The position numbers were made by a program, and so were the translations under genes. DNA of 64,000 nucleotides from Myxococcota bacterium (lineage in GTDB: Bacteria; Myxococcota_A; SURF-8), in assembly GCA_963674735.2 (NCBI GenBank), contig CAXXQS010000002.1, positions 864,001 through 928,000 on the forward strand, given 5' to 3'. The notes under the pieces were generated by a model. That model was not told the origin of the DNA, made no database searches, and was given only the letters and a program-made list of their open reading frames with translations. This document shows, one piece after another, positions 46,611 to 55,173 of the stretch (position 1 is the stretch's first letter; every line of letters starts with the position of its first letter).

Positions 46611-48510
46611 GAATTTTCACCTCCTGCACGAACGTCGCCGCTCCGCAATAGATCGTCACCGTATCGACTCCGCCCGTTTCCGGGGCGAGGTAGACGAACG
46701 TCGCCTTGCCGTTTTCATCGGTCGAAACCGAGTCGACCACCACACGACCGTCTCGCGCCCAGGCCGCCACCGGATAATCGGTCAAGGTTTGCCCTTCGGC
46801 ATCGAAGACCGTAACCGGCATTTCCCAAATACCCCAGGCTTCGATCGTGGGGGTTATTCCGTCTCCCGTCCCCACCCGCAAACTGGCCGGACAAGCCTCT
46901 TTGGTAATGGCCAGAGGTGTCTCCCAACCGATCGCACAGCGATGGGCGGGCAGGAACGGCCGCAGGCCTTCCACATCCCGATAAAGGGCCGGGTCCGGCC
47001 CCTGCGCCTCGCCCAAAGCAGCGTGCAAAGCCGCAGCCGAAAGCGGATCGTCGGCCAGCACCGACGCCACATTCACCGGCTCCAACTCGGACCACAGCAA
47101 GGGCCGTTCGCTGCCGGAGCCCCAAGCCACGTCGATCGCATCGAGCGTCAGGTTGGCGACCAGGGCGTGGGCGGTTGCCGTCCAGGTTTCACCATCCAAG
47201 GTAAACCAGCCTTCAAAGCGGTCGAAGCCGAGAAACGGATCCACCCCATCGGAGGTTTCGGCCCGCCAGTCGGTTTCTCCGTTGAGCCCGGATTGGGCTT
47301 CGAAGACCAGTCCGTCCACTTCGGGAGACTGCTCGCCAAGCGCCCAGTTCGACAAAACGCTAAACAGGTCCACCACCTGCACCCGTGTTCGACCGTTCAC
47401 CAGATTGATCCGGTCCGCCCACTGCGCCAGACGGTTGTTCAGTCGTATCGCCTCATAACGCCATCGGTCGGAATGAGCGCGTCCCGGCCACAGGTTGGGC
47501 GGTGGCGCGTTCAGTAAAAGCAAGAGCGGTTCCGGTTCCAGATCGGTTACAAACTCGAAAAAAGCGCTCAGCGTCGCATCCAATTCATCATCGCTAAAAG
47601 AGCGTTCATCGGGACGCAGACCGCTGACGGTATTGACCGCCTCCCAGGTGACCAGCAGGAGGTCCGGTGGCGCGGCATTGAGCGTATCGGCGACCCGCCC
47701 CGGCTCGTAAACACCCGCCGGATCGCGCAACGCCCTCTCGATGAAAGTCGCCTTTTCGCTTGGGCGCGTGGTTTCGAACAAGGCTTCGGCACGGGCATCG
47801 AAGGGCAGCGCCAAGTTGGCGGGTTTGAGTTCCGGATCCAGCCGCAACGCCTCCAGGGTGTCCGTTTCCGCCATCAGGGCGTTCAGCCGCACCGCAACCA
47901 ATTCCTCATCCACATCCCCGCTATCCGGATCGAGATCGTCGATCCCGAAACGTCCGGGCAAACCCTCTTCCGCAATCAACGACCAGGGACAATCGGCCCC
48001 CAGTCGGCGGGCGACCAGCGCTCCCACACTTTGGAGTTGTTGGGTATAGCTCAAACCATCATTCATCACTCCCGCCGCAATCGACGCTCCGAGCACGCCC
48101 AAGTGCGCCCATTCCGAGGCCGAAGCCGGAGAAAACTGAAAGGTGTCGCTGAAAGACAGGCTGTCGGTCGCACCGCTTATCGTGACAATCGTCGCACCCG
48201 GCTCGGCGCTTCCCTGCGCCAGACACGTCACTAGGCCGGATTCATCCCATTGCGGAAGCAGACAGGTCCGCGAGCCGAAACGCAGCTGCGGCTCATCGGC
48301 AGCTAGGCTTTCGGGTATACCCGCGATACGAATCCAACGATGACCGAACTGGGAGACGGTAGCGGGCAGAAATTCCGCCGTGACAACAGGAGGTTCGGGG
48401 GTTTCACTTGCGGGAGCATCATAGCCGTTCCCCCCGCAGGCACATAGAAGCGCCGCCAGCCAGAAAAACGCAATCCCCCGCAGGTTTCGATTGTCGATTC
48501 CCCGTTGCAT
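46594..48510 (-). CDS. Lipoprotein with IPT-like, degenerate SGNH-like and Ig-like domains
   Basis: LCAC lipobox; LGASIAAG (block I-like); FTLDGETWT..AHALVAN (block V-like, no His); TDENGKATFVY Ig motif. Confidence 0.6.
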   Translation of the reverse strand: MQRGIDNRNLRGIAFFWLAALLCACGGNGYDAPASETPEPPVVTAEFLPATVSQFGHRWIRIAGIPESLAADEPQLRFGSRTCLLPQWDESGLVTCLAQGSAEPGATIVTISGATDSLSFSDTFQFSPASASEWAHLGVLGASIAAGVMNDGLSYTQQLQSVGALVARRLGADCPWSLIAEEGLPGRFGIDDLDPDSGDVDEELVAVRLNALMAETDTLEALRLDPELKPANLALPFDARAEALFETTRPSEKATFIERALRDPAGVYEPGRVADTLNAAPPDLLLVTWEAVNTVSGLRPDERSFSDDELDATLSAFFEFVTDLEPEPLLLLLNAPPPNLWPGRAHSDRWRYEAIRLNNRLAQWADRINLVNGRTRVQVVDLFSVLSNWALGEQSPEVDGLVFEAQSGLNGETDWRAETSDGVDPFLGFDRFEGWFTLDGETWTATAHALVANLTLDAIDVAWGSGSERPLLWSELEPVNVASVLADDPLSAAALHAALGEAQGPDPALYRDVEGLRPFLPAHRCAIGWETPLAITKEACPASLRVGTGDGITPTIEAWGIWEMPVTVFDAEGQTLTDYPVAAWARDGRVVVDSVSTDENGKATFVYLAPETGGVDTVTIYCGAATFVQEVKIHAADE

Positions 48511-48612
48511 GATTCATGAATCCTTGTTTGCAGCCTTGCTGCCCGGCCAGCCGGGATGAACCGCTAAAGCCTAACAAAACCGCAAAGTTTGTGCAAGGGA
48601 AGGCTGAGTGAG

Positions 48613-49590
48613 TCAGGCGTTTTCTATCCGTGCCTTGACCTCGTCGAGGGCCGCTTTGATCACCGGTTCATTGGGGGCGAGGCTGAGCGCCAGGGTGAGG
48701 TTCATTTTGGCGGCCGACAGGTTGCCGTCATTGAGCGAATTCTGAGCCAATGAAAAGAACTTGCGTGCCTGCGGATTCACGATTTCGGTTTCCTTGGCGC
48801 GCGGGCCATCGACCGTCTTGTCGGTACGGATATAGCGCTTGGCTCCCTGCGATTCGCGCAAGCGGTCGTAAGCGGCGCGGTCGTCGGAGTCGCCCAGCAC
48901 TTTGTAGGCCTCGCACATGCGTTTGAACACCGCCCCGATTTCCTGCTTCAGTGTTTCATCGGGTTCCATGGCGAAACGGTCGGGATGGATGAAACGCGCA
49001 AAACGAAAATAAGCTTTTCGAATGATCCCCAAAGCCGCCGAAGGAGAAACACCCAGCAGCGTGTAATAATCCAGATCGTCGAGTTCGGGATACAAACGAC
49101 GAGCGGTTTCGAGCGGATCGCCCGTTTGTATGGCAGGCGGCTCCTGTGCCGGTTCGGGCGCGACAGCCGGGGAGGACGTCGATTGGGCGGAAGCCTTTTC
49201 CGATGCGGCGGCCTTTCGCGCTTGGGCCAGTTCCGCCAGCAGATCGCGCACTTTCAGCTTGAGCATTCGCTCGTCCAGGGGAAGGCCGAGCAGATCGTCC
49301 CCCCCCATTTGGCGGGCGGTATCGCGCCCCAGCACCTCGGCATTCAATTCCGCCCCCACCAGAAGGATCTTCAAACCGGCGGCATTGGGGCCGCTTTTCA
49401 ACTCACGGGCGAAAGCCAGTCCCTCTGGCAGATCGACGCAGATCACGGCCAGAATCGGCCGAGCCTGCGTGAAGGCCGTACGGGCTTCTTCCACGTGGGC
49501 CGCAAAGCCCATATCGAAGGCACGCCCCAAAGCCTGTTCGTAAACAGCGCGGCGTTCTTGATCGGCATCCAGAATAAGTGCAGGAATCAT
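48613..49590 (-). CDS. Pseudo-receiver + J-domain co-chaperone with TPR-like tail
   Basis: Receiver-like N-terminus; DYYTLLGV..IRKAY..HPDRF..FKRMCEAYKVL..RAAYD. Confidence 0.85.
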   Translation of the reverse strand: MIPALILDADQERRAVYEQALGRAFDMGFAAHVEEARTAFTQARPILAVICVDLPEGLAFARELKSGPNAAGLKILLVGAELNAEVLGRDTARQMGGDDLLGLPLDERMLKLKVRDLLAELAQARKAAASEKASAQSTSSPAVAPEPAQEPPAIQTGDPLETARRLYPELDDLDYYTLLGVSPSAALGIIRKAYFRFARFIHPDRFAMEPDETLKQEIGAVFKRMCEAYKVLGDSDDRAAYDRLRESQGAKRYIRTDKTVDGPRAKETEIVNPQARKFFSLAQNSLNDGNLSAAKMNLTLALSLAPNEPVIKAALDEVKARIENA

Positions 49591-49599
49591 AAGAGCGGG

Positions 49600-51246
49600 T
49601 TACTCCTCAGGGCGGACCGATTCCTCATTTTCATCAGCATCCACCGGTTCGACATCCAACGCTTCGGGTTCGTCTCCGCGCGGTTCTTCATCGTCTTCAA
49701 GACCCGATTCTTCAGCGGCTCCATAAATATCGATATCGGCCGAGGCCGAATTACCGGTGATGGTATCCACGGCATGCGCCTGTACGATTCCGTTGCTGTC
49801 GATTTCGAAGGTGACTTCGATTTCCGTTTCCCCACGCAACGCTTGCGGATCGAGGTCGGATAAAACCACCACACCCATCAACTCGTTTTCGACCTCGCGC
49901 TCCGATTCACCCTGATAGACGCGCAGCCGAACCACTTCCTGTCCGTCATGGCTGGTGGTGAAAATACGGGTCCGTTCGGCCGGAATGGGGGTATTGCGCG
50001 GGATAATGGTCTCTACGCGTCCACCCACTGTGCCCACGCCCAACGAAAGCGAGGTCACGTCCAGCAGGACGGCTCCGCCGCCGTCCGCTTCGCCGCTGCG
50101 GCCTGTCGCGGAGCCCAGAATGGAACCTTGAATCGCGGCACCCAGTGCCACCACTTCTTCCGGATTGACTCCCCAGAAAGGCTTGCGCGCAAAGTACGAC
50201 TCCACCATGCTGCGCACCAGCGGAATATGGGTGGTACCGCCGACCAGAACGACGTTTTCCGTCTCCGAAACGTGAGTTTTGGCGATTTTCAATGCCTCAT
50301 CACAGATGATAAAGCTGCGCTTGATCACCTCTTGTGCGATTTTATCGAAATTGGGCCGTGACAGAGCCACATTGAGATCCACCACGCCGTTGGCGGTGCT
50401 GATCAACGAAGGAATCTGCACGGTGGCGTTTTCTTCGGTGGATAACTGGCGCTTCGTCTTCTCGGCCTCGTAACGGACACGCAGCAGCGCGATCGGGTCG
50501 CTGCGCAGGTCGATGTTGTAGTGCCGGCGATAGGAATTGACGATCATCTTGACAATCAGGTTGTCGATGTCGTCACCGCCGAGAAAAGCATCACCGGCCG
50601 TCGACACCACCTCGAAGACATCGTCGGAGATATCGAGAACAGTGATATCGAAGGTGCCGCCGCCAAAATCGTAGACGGCGATGCGTTGATCGTAGGAACG
50701 GCCAAAGCCATAAGCCAAGGCGGCGGCGGTAGGCTCGTTGAGCACTTTCAGCACATCCAGCCCGGCAATTTCACCCGCCAGCTTGGTGGCATTGCGCTGA
50801 CCGTCGTTGAAGTTGGCCGGAACGGTCACCACCGCCTTGCGCACCTGCTCGCCCAGATAATCCTCGGCAATCTTTTTCATGTGCTTGATCACCAAGGCGG
50901 CGATATCGCTCATGTTGTAGCGTTGATCGAAAATCTCGATCAGAACCGACGAGTTGGGGCCTTCCACGATGGGATAGGGGGCCAGCTGCTTGGTGGTTTG
51001 CACTTCGGGGGCCGAAAAAGGGCGTCCGATCAGGCGCTTGGAGGAATAGACGGTGTTGCGCGGGTTGTAGACAATCTGCTCGCGCGCCTCGTTGCCGACC
51101 ACCCGCCGACCATCCGGGAAGAACGAAACCACCGAGGCTTGGGTCCGTCGCCCCTCGCGGTCGGGAATGACCATGGCGTGGTCCCCTTCCACAACGGCCA
51201 CACAGGAATTCGATGTTCCGAGATCAATGCCGATCACACGTTCCAT
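49600..51246 (-). CDS. Hsp70-family protein (DnaK paralogue) lacking the helical lid
   Basis: GIDLGTSNS, TVPANF, NEPTAAALAYG, DFGGGTFD, VLVGG, LLDVT linker, VTFEIDSNGI, then acidic tail. Confidence 0.92.
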   Translation of the reverse strand: MERVIGIDLGTSNSCVAVVEGDHAMVIPDREGRRTQASVVSFFPDGRRVVGNEAREQIVYNPRNTVYSSKRLIGRPFSAPEVQTTKQLAPYPIVEGPNSSVLIEIFDQRYNMSDIAALVIKHMKKIAEDYLGEQVRKAVVTVPANFNDGQRNATKLAGEIAGLDVLKVLNEPTAAALAYGFGRSYDQRIAVYDFGGGTFDITVLDISDDVFEVVSTAGDAFLGGDDIDNLIVKMIVNSYRRHYNIDLRSDPIALLRVRYEAEKTKRQLSTEENATVQIPSLISTANGVVDLNVALSRPNFDKIAQEVIKRSFIICDEALKIAKTHVSETENVVLVGGTTHIPLVRSMVESYFARKPFWGVNPEEVVALGAAIQGSILGSATGRSGEADGGGAVLLDVTSLSLGVGTVGGRVETIIPRNTPIPAERTRIFTTSHDGQEVVRLRVYQGESEREVENELMGVVVLSDLDPQALRGETEIEVTFEIDSNGIVQAHAVDTITGNSASADIDIYGAAEESGLEDDEEPRGDEPEALDVEPVDADENEESVRPEE

Positions 51247-51284
51247 GCTTCGCTCCCAGCACCCGCGGCCGTACCGCCAGGCGT

Positions 51285-51842
51285 TTAGACTTCCATAATG
51301 TCCTTTTCCTTGACCTCCATCACTTTGTCGATCTTGACCACCGAATCATCGGTGATTTTCTGGATCTGCGTCATGGCGCGATGAAGATCGTCTTCCGTGA
51401 TATCTTTATCTTTTTCGGCTTTTTTGAGTTTCTCGTTGTAGTCGCGGCGGATGTTGCGCACGGCAACTTTGGCTTCTTCAGCCATCTTCTTCACCTGCCG
51501 TGCCAGTTCCTTGCGACGATCTTCGTTCAACGCCGGAATGGGCAAACGGATGACGTTTCCGTCGCTGACGGGATTCAAACCCAAATCGGCGGCGGCAATG
51601 GCTTTTTCCACATCCTGCATGATGTTCTTTTCCCAGGGCTGCACCACGATCAGGCGGGCATCCGGCACACTGATGGTGGCCACCTGGTTGAGCGGGGTCG
51701 GAACATTGTAGTAATCCACGCGTATCGCGTCCAGCAGGGCGGCCGAGGCGCGGCCCGTGCGGACTTTTCCCAGTTCCTTTTTGAAGACCGCCAGGGTTTT
51801 CTCGACCGCTTCTTCCATGTCTAAATAGAGTTCGTCTAACAT
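51285..51842 (-). CDS. frr: Ribosome recycling factor
   Basis: VRTGRAS, VDYY..PTPLNQVA, GLNP..DG.VIRLPIPALNEDRRKEL, KEKDIMEV. Confidence 0.97.
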   Translation of the reverse strand: MLDELYLDMEEAVEKTLAVFKKELGKVRTGRASAALLDAIRVDYYNVPTPLNQVATISVPDARLIVVQPWEKNIMQDVEKAIAAADLGLNPVSDGNVIRLPIPALNEDRRKELARQVKKMAEEAKVAVRNIRRDYNEKLKKAEKDKDITEDDLHRAMTQIQKITDDSVVKIDKVMEVKEKDIMEV

Positions 51843-52029
51843 GGGATTCTCCTTTTCAAATCAGGTTCGCGTTGTATCTCTCAGGTTGAAGGCCGTTTGA
51901 CGCGATGTCAGGCTCTCTTATTTCGCTTGTCGTTCAACGACGCCGATGCTCCTCCCGCCGTTTTAGAAATTGGAGTGTCTATTATAGACTGAAACAGCGC
52001 CAGAGGCGAAGATGTTTTCGCGCAAAGGC

Positions 52030-52419
52030 TTATCGATCGCAAAAAGACGCGTCCACTTTGGCCTCATCCTTGTTCCAAATATGCTCCTGCGGCACCAGAC
52101 AAATCAAGCGCAGCCGCGCATCATGCGGGTTGCGGATCTGATGTTCGTGGTTCGGCGGAACCAGGATTGCGTCCTGCGGCTTGACCGGATGATACGCACC
52201 GTCTAAGAGCACTTCGCCCGCGCCTTCCAGAATAAACAACTCATGTTCGTAAGGATGAACGTGACGGGGGGTGTTGCCGCCCGGCTCGACGTCGAATACG
52301 CGCAGATTGAAGGTGGGTGCTCCGTCGCTTTCCGAAAGCATCACCCGCATGGAAACGCCGACCACACCGTCTTGTTCGATTGGGTCGGCCGTTACGTCAC
52401 GAACCGATTTGATCACCAT
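52030..52419 (-). CDS. Cupin-domain protein
   Basis: DGAPTFNLRVFDVEPGGNTPRHVHPYEHE, VPPNHEHQ. Confidence 0.88.
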   Translation of the reverse strand: MVIKSVRDVTADPIEQDGVVGVSMRVMLSESDGAPTFNLRVFDVEPGGNTPRHVHPYEHELFILEGAGEVLLDGAYHPVKPQDAILVPPNHEHQIRNPHDARLRLICLVPQEHIWNKDEAKVDASFCDR

Positions 52420-52444
52420 GGCCATCATCCTTTCTACGACTCCC

Positions 52445-53476
52445 TCAACCGGGTTCCGCCTCCCAGGTCTCGCCATCCTCAAGAAATTGTACACGATCCG
52501 AATAGGACGGCACAATACCAAAGCCATCCGCATTGCGGATCGCGCAATCGATCGCTCCCGCCAGGCAGTCGGACGCCATCTCCCCCACTTCACCGGGACT
52601 CGCCAAAACCAGCCCCATGGCGGCGCAGATGATCAGATCGCCATCCACCGGAGCCAAGGCGGGCTGCATGGCTTTTTTCAATCCGGCCACCGCCTGCTCG
52701 GCCACGACTTGGCAAGCTCGGCGGTCGAGACGGGCATTGGTCAATACGACGGATAACACGGTGTTTTCCGGAGAGGGCGAAGCGAAACCGCCGGGCAGAC
52801 GGCCCTCCGTAATGGCGCGCTGGGTATCGAGCAAATCCAAGCTGTCGGCTTTTTCGCGCGCCCCGGCCAGAATCTCTCCGCTTTCCGGATCGACCACATC
52901 GCCAAATCCGTTACAAACGGTCATGACCTGCACCACCAGATCGCCCACGCGAGTGGTACGGGTTCCGACGCCGCCCTTCATGGAACATTCCACGCCGCCG
53001 ATCTTGCCAACGGTGGCTCCGCAACCGGCTCCGACCGACCCGACCGTCATGCGGCTGCTTTCGGCGACTTCGCAAGCCTCCATGGCCATGGCCTGGGTCG
53101 GACGCACGTCGAAAGCCCCGAAACCGAGATCGAAAATAGCGGCGCTGGGACACACCGGCACCGGTCCGTAACGGGTGGGCAAGCCACGCCCCTCGCGTTC
53201 GAGAAAACGCAGGACGCCGCCGGTGGAATCGAGACCGTAGGCGCTGCCGCCGGTGAAGCACAGGGCGTCCACACGATCGACGATGTGACCGTCGCGCAGC
53301 GAATCGGCCTGGCGCGTACTGGTGGCTCGTCCGCAAATACTCGCCCCGGCCGGAACGGGCGTATCGAACAGAATCACACTGACACCGGTTTTACCCACCG
53401 GATCCTGCACCTGCCCCACCCGGACACCCGGCACCCGGATATCGCGGTATATCATTTGCGTCGCAGCCCGCATCAT
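52445..53476 (-). CDS. P1/S58 (DmpA-like) peptidase
   Basis: VPGVRVG, TGVSV, TGGSAYGL, GSVGAGCGATVGK, KGGVG, ENT, DGD. Confidence 0.88.
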   Translation of the reverse strand: MMRAATQMIYRDIRVPGVRVGQVQDPVGKTGVSVILFDTPVPAGASICGRATSTRQADSLRDGHIVDRVDALCFTGGSAYGLDSTGGVLRFLEREGRGLPTRYGPVPVCPSAAIFDLGFGAFDVRPTQAMAMEACEVAESSRMTVGSVGAGCGATVGKIGGVECSMKGGVGTRTTRVGDLVVQVMTVCNGFGDVVDPESGEILAGAREKADSLDLLDTQRAITEGRLPGGFASPSPENTVLSVVLTNARLDRRACQVVAEQAVAGLKKAMQPALAPVDGDLIICAAMGLVLASPGEVGEMASDCLAGAIDCAIRNADGFGIVPSYSDRVQFLEDGETWEAEPG

Positions 53477-55005
53477 CGCAACCTCCCAATCGCGTCTTCC
53501 ACCGCGGCCAGCAGACGGCCATTACGGATTTGAGTGAGAACTTTCTTCTGATCGAGATACAAAGTACGATCATGATCCAAAAACGGCACCTGTTGCCGGA
53601 TCGCCCGGTACGCCGCGCCCGTTCCCGGTGCAGGCGCAAGCGGAGCGCGAAAATCCAGCGCCTGGGCCGCGCACAGCAGCTCAACGGCCAGCGCTTCCTC
53701 GATATTGGCCAGGATTTCCCGCATCTTGCGTGCGCCGATGGTGCCCATACTCACATGATCCTCGCGTCCCGCCGAAGAAGGAATGGAGTCTACCGAGGCT
53801 GGATGAGCCAAGATCTTGTTTTCCGAAACCAACGAGGCGGAGGTGACCTGCGCGATCATATAACCCGAGTTCAGCCCTTTCTGGCTGACCAGGAACGCGG
53901 GCAATCCCGAACTGAGCGAGGGATTGACCAGTTGCTCCACCCGGCGTTCGGAAATATTGGCCAGTTCCGCCAAGGCGATGCCCCCGAAATCCATCGCCAA
54001 AGCCACCGGCTGACCGTGAAAATTGCCACCCGACACAACCAGCCGTTTGTCGCAGAACACCAGCGGGTTATCGGTGGCCGAGTTGGATTCGACGGTCAAC
54101 ACCCGGCGAACATAGTCGAGCGCATCACGGGTCGCCCCATGCACCTGGGGCATGCAACGCAGGGAATACGCATCCTGAACTTTGTGGCAATCCTTGTGCG
54201 AGCGCACGATGGGCGACGCACGCAGCAGCCGACGCAAGTTGGCCGCCACCTGTTTTTGCCCCGCGTGGGGACGAACCTGCTGGACGCTGGCATGAAAAGG
54301 TTTCACCGAACCTAGCAAGGCTTCGACGGTCATCGCGCCCGCGATATCGGCCAGCTTCGCCGCCCGCTCACCATCGATCAACGCCAAAGCCCCGACGGCG
54401 GTCATCACCTGCGTGCCGTTGATCAGCGCCAAACCTTCCTTGGCCTGCAAGGTAATCGGCGTCAACCCGGCCTTGCGCATGGCGGTTTCGCCCTTGTACA
54501 CACGCCCGCGATAACGCGCTTGACCGCGTCCGATCAACGTCAGCGTGAGGTGCGCCAGCGGGGCCAGGTCGCCCGAAGCACCCACCGAGCCTTTTTCCGG
54601 AATAATAGGGTGAACCCCCGCATTCAGCATGTCGATCAGCGTTTGCACCGTTTTGACACGGATACCGGAAAAACCTTTGGCCAAAACATTGGCGCGCAAC
54701 AGAATAATGGCGCGCACCACCTCGTCCGGGAAAGCCTCGCCCACCCCGATGGAGTGGGAGCGGATGAGGTTTTCCTGCAACGTTTCGATAAGCGGGCGGT
54801 CGATCGACACATCGGAAAGGATGCCGAACCCGGTGTTGACCCCGTAAACCACGTCGCCTTTCTCGATGATGTCTTCGATATAATTGCGCGAAGCCTCCAT
54901 ACGCTCCCGCGCCTCCGGGTGCAATTCCACCTTGACTCCGGAACGAGCGACGGCTTCGATGTCCTCCAATGTAAGCGTGTATCCATCCAGTTGAACGATC
55001 TTCAT
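53473..55005 (-). CDS. hutH: Histidine ammonia-lyase
   Basis: YGVNTGFG, LIRSH, GSVGASGDLAPLAH (MIO), QDAYSLRC, GGNFHG, EDHVSMG. Confidence 0.96.
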   Translation of the reverse strand: MKIVQLDGYTLTLEDIEAVARSGVKVELHPEARERMEASRNYIEDIIEKGDVVYGVNTGFGILSDVSIDRPLIETLQENLIRSHSIGVGEAFPDEVVRAIILLRANVLAKGFSGIRVKTVQTLIDMLNAGVHPIIPEKGSVGASGDLAPLAHLTLTLIGRGQARYRGRVYKGETAMRKAGLTPITLQAKEGLALINGTQVMTAVGALALIDGERAAKLADIAGAMTVEALLGSVKPFHASVQQVRPHAGQKQVAANLRRLLRASPIVRSHKDCHKVQDAYSLRCMPQVHGATRDALDYVRRVLTVESNSATDNPLVFCDKRLVVSGGNFHGQPVALAMDFGGIALAELANISERRVEQLVNPSLSSGLPAFLVSQKGLNSGYMIAQVTSASLVSENKILAHPASVDSIPSSAGREDHVSMGTIGARKMREILANIEEALAVELLCAAQALDFRAPLAPAPGTGAAYRAIRQQVPFLDHDRTLYLDQKKVLTQIRNGRLLAAVEDAIGRLR

Positions 55006-55123
55006 TCTTCCCCTCTATTCGTCCGTCCCACGCAGGTGGGCCGGGGAAAGGGTTCGTGCCGGTTCATTCCGTTAGCCTAGCGCAATGCTTGCCGAAACGC
55101 CATTCGATATCGGGCTTTTTACG

Positions 55124-55151
55124 AAAAAACCCCCACCTGACGGTAGGGGCC
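55124..55151 (-). terminator. Intrinsic terminator after vWA lipoprotein gene
   Basis: Minus strand GCCCCTACC-gtca-GGTGGGGG-TTTTT. Confidence 0.7.
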
Positions 55152-55173
55152 TTGATTCGGAATTTCGCCGCTT

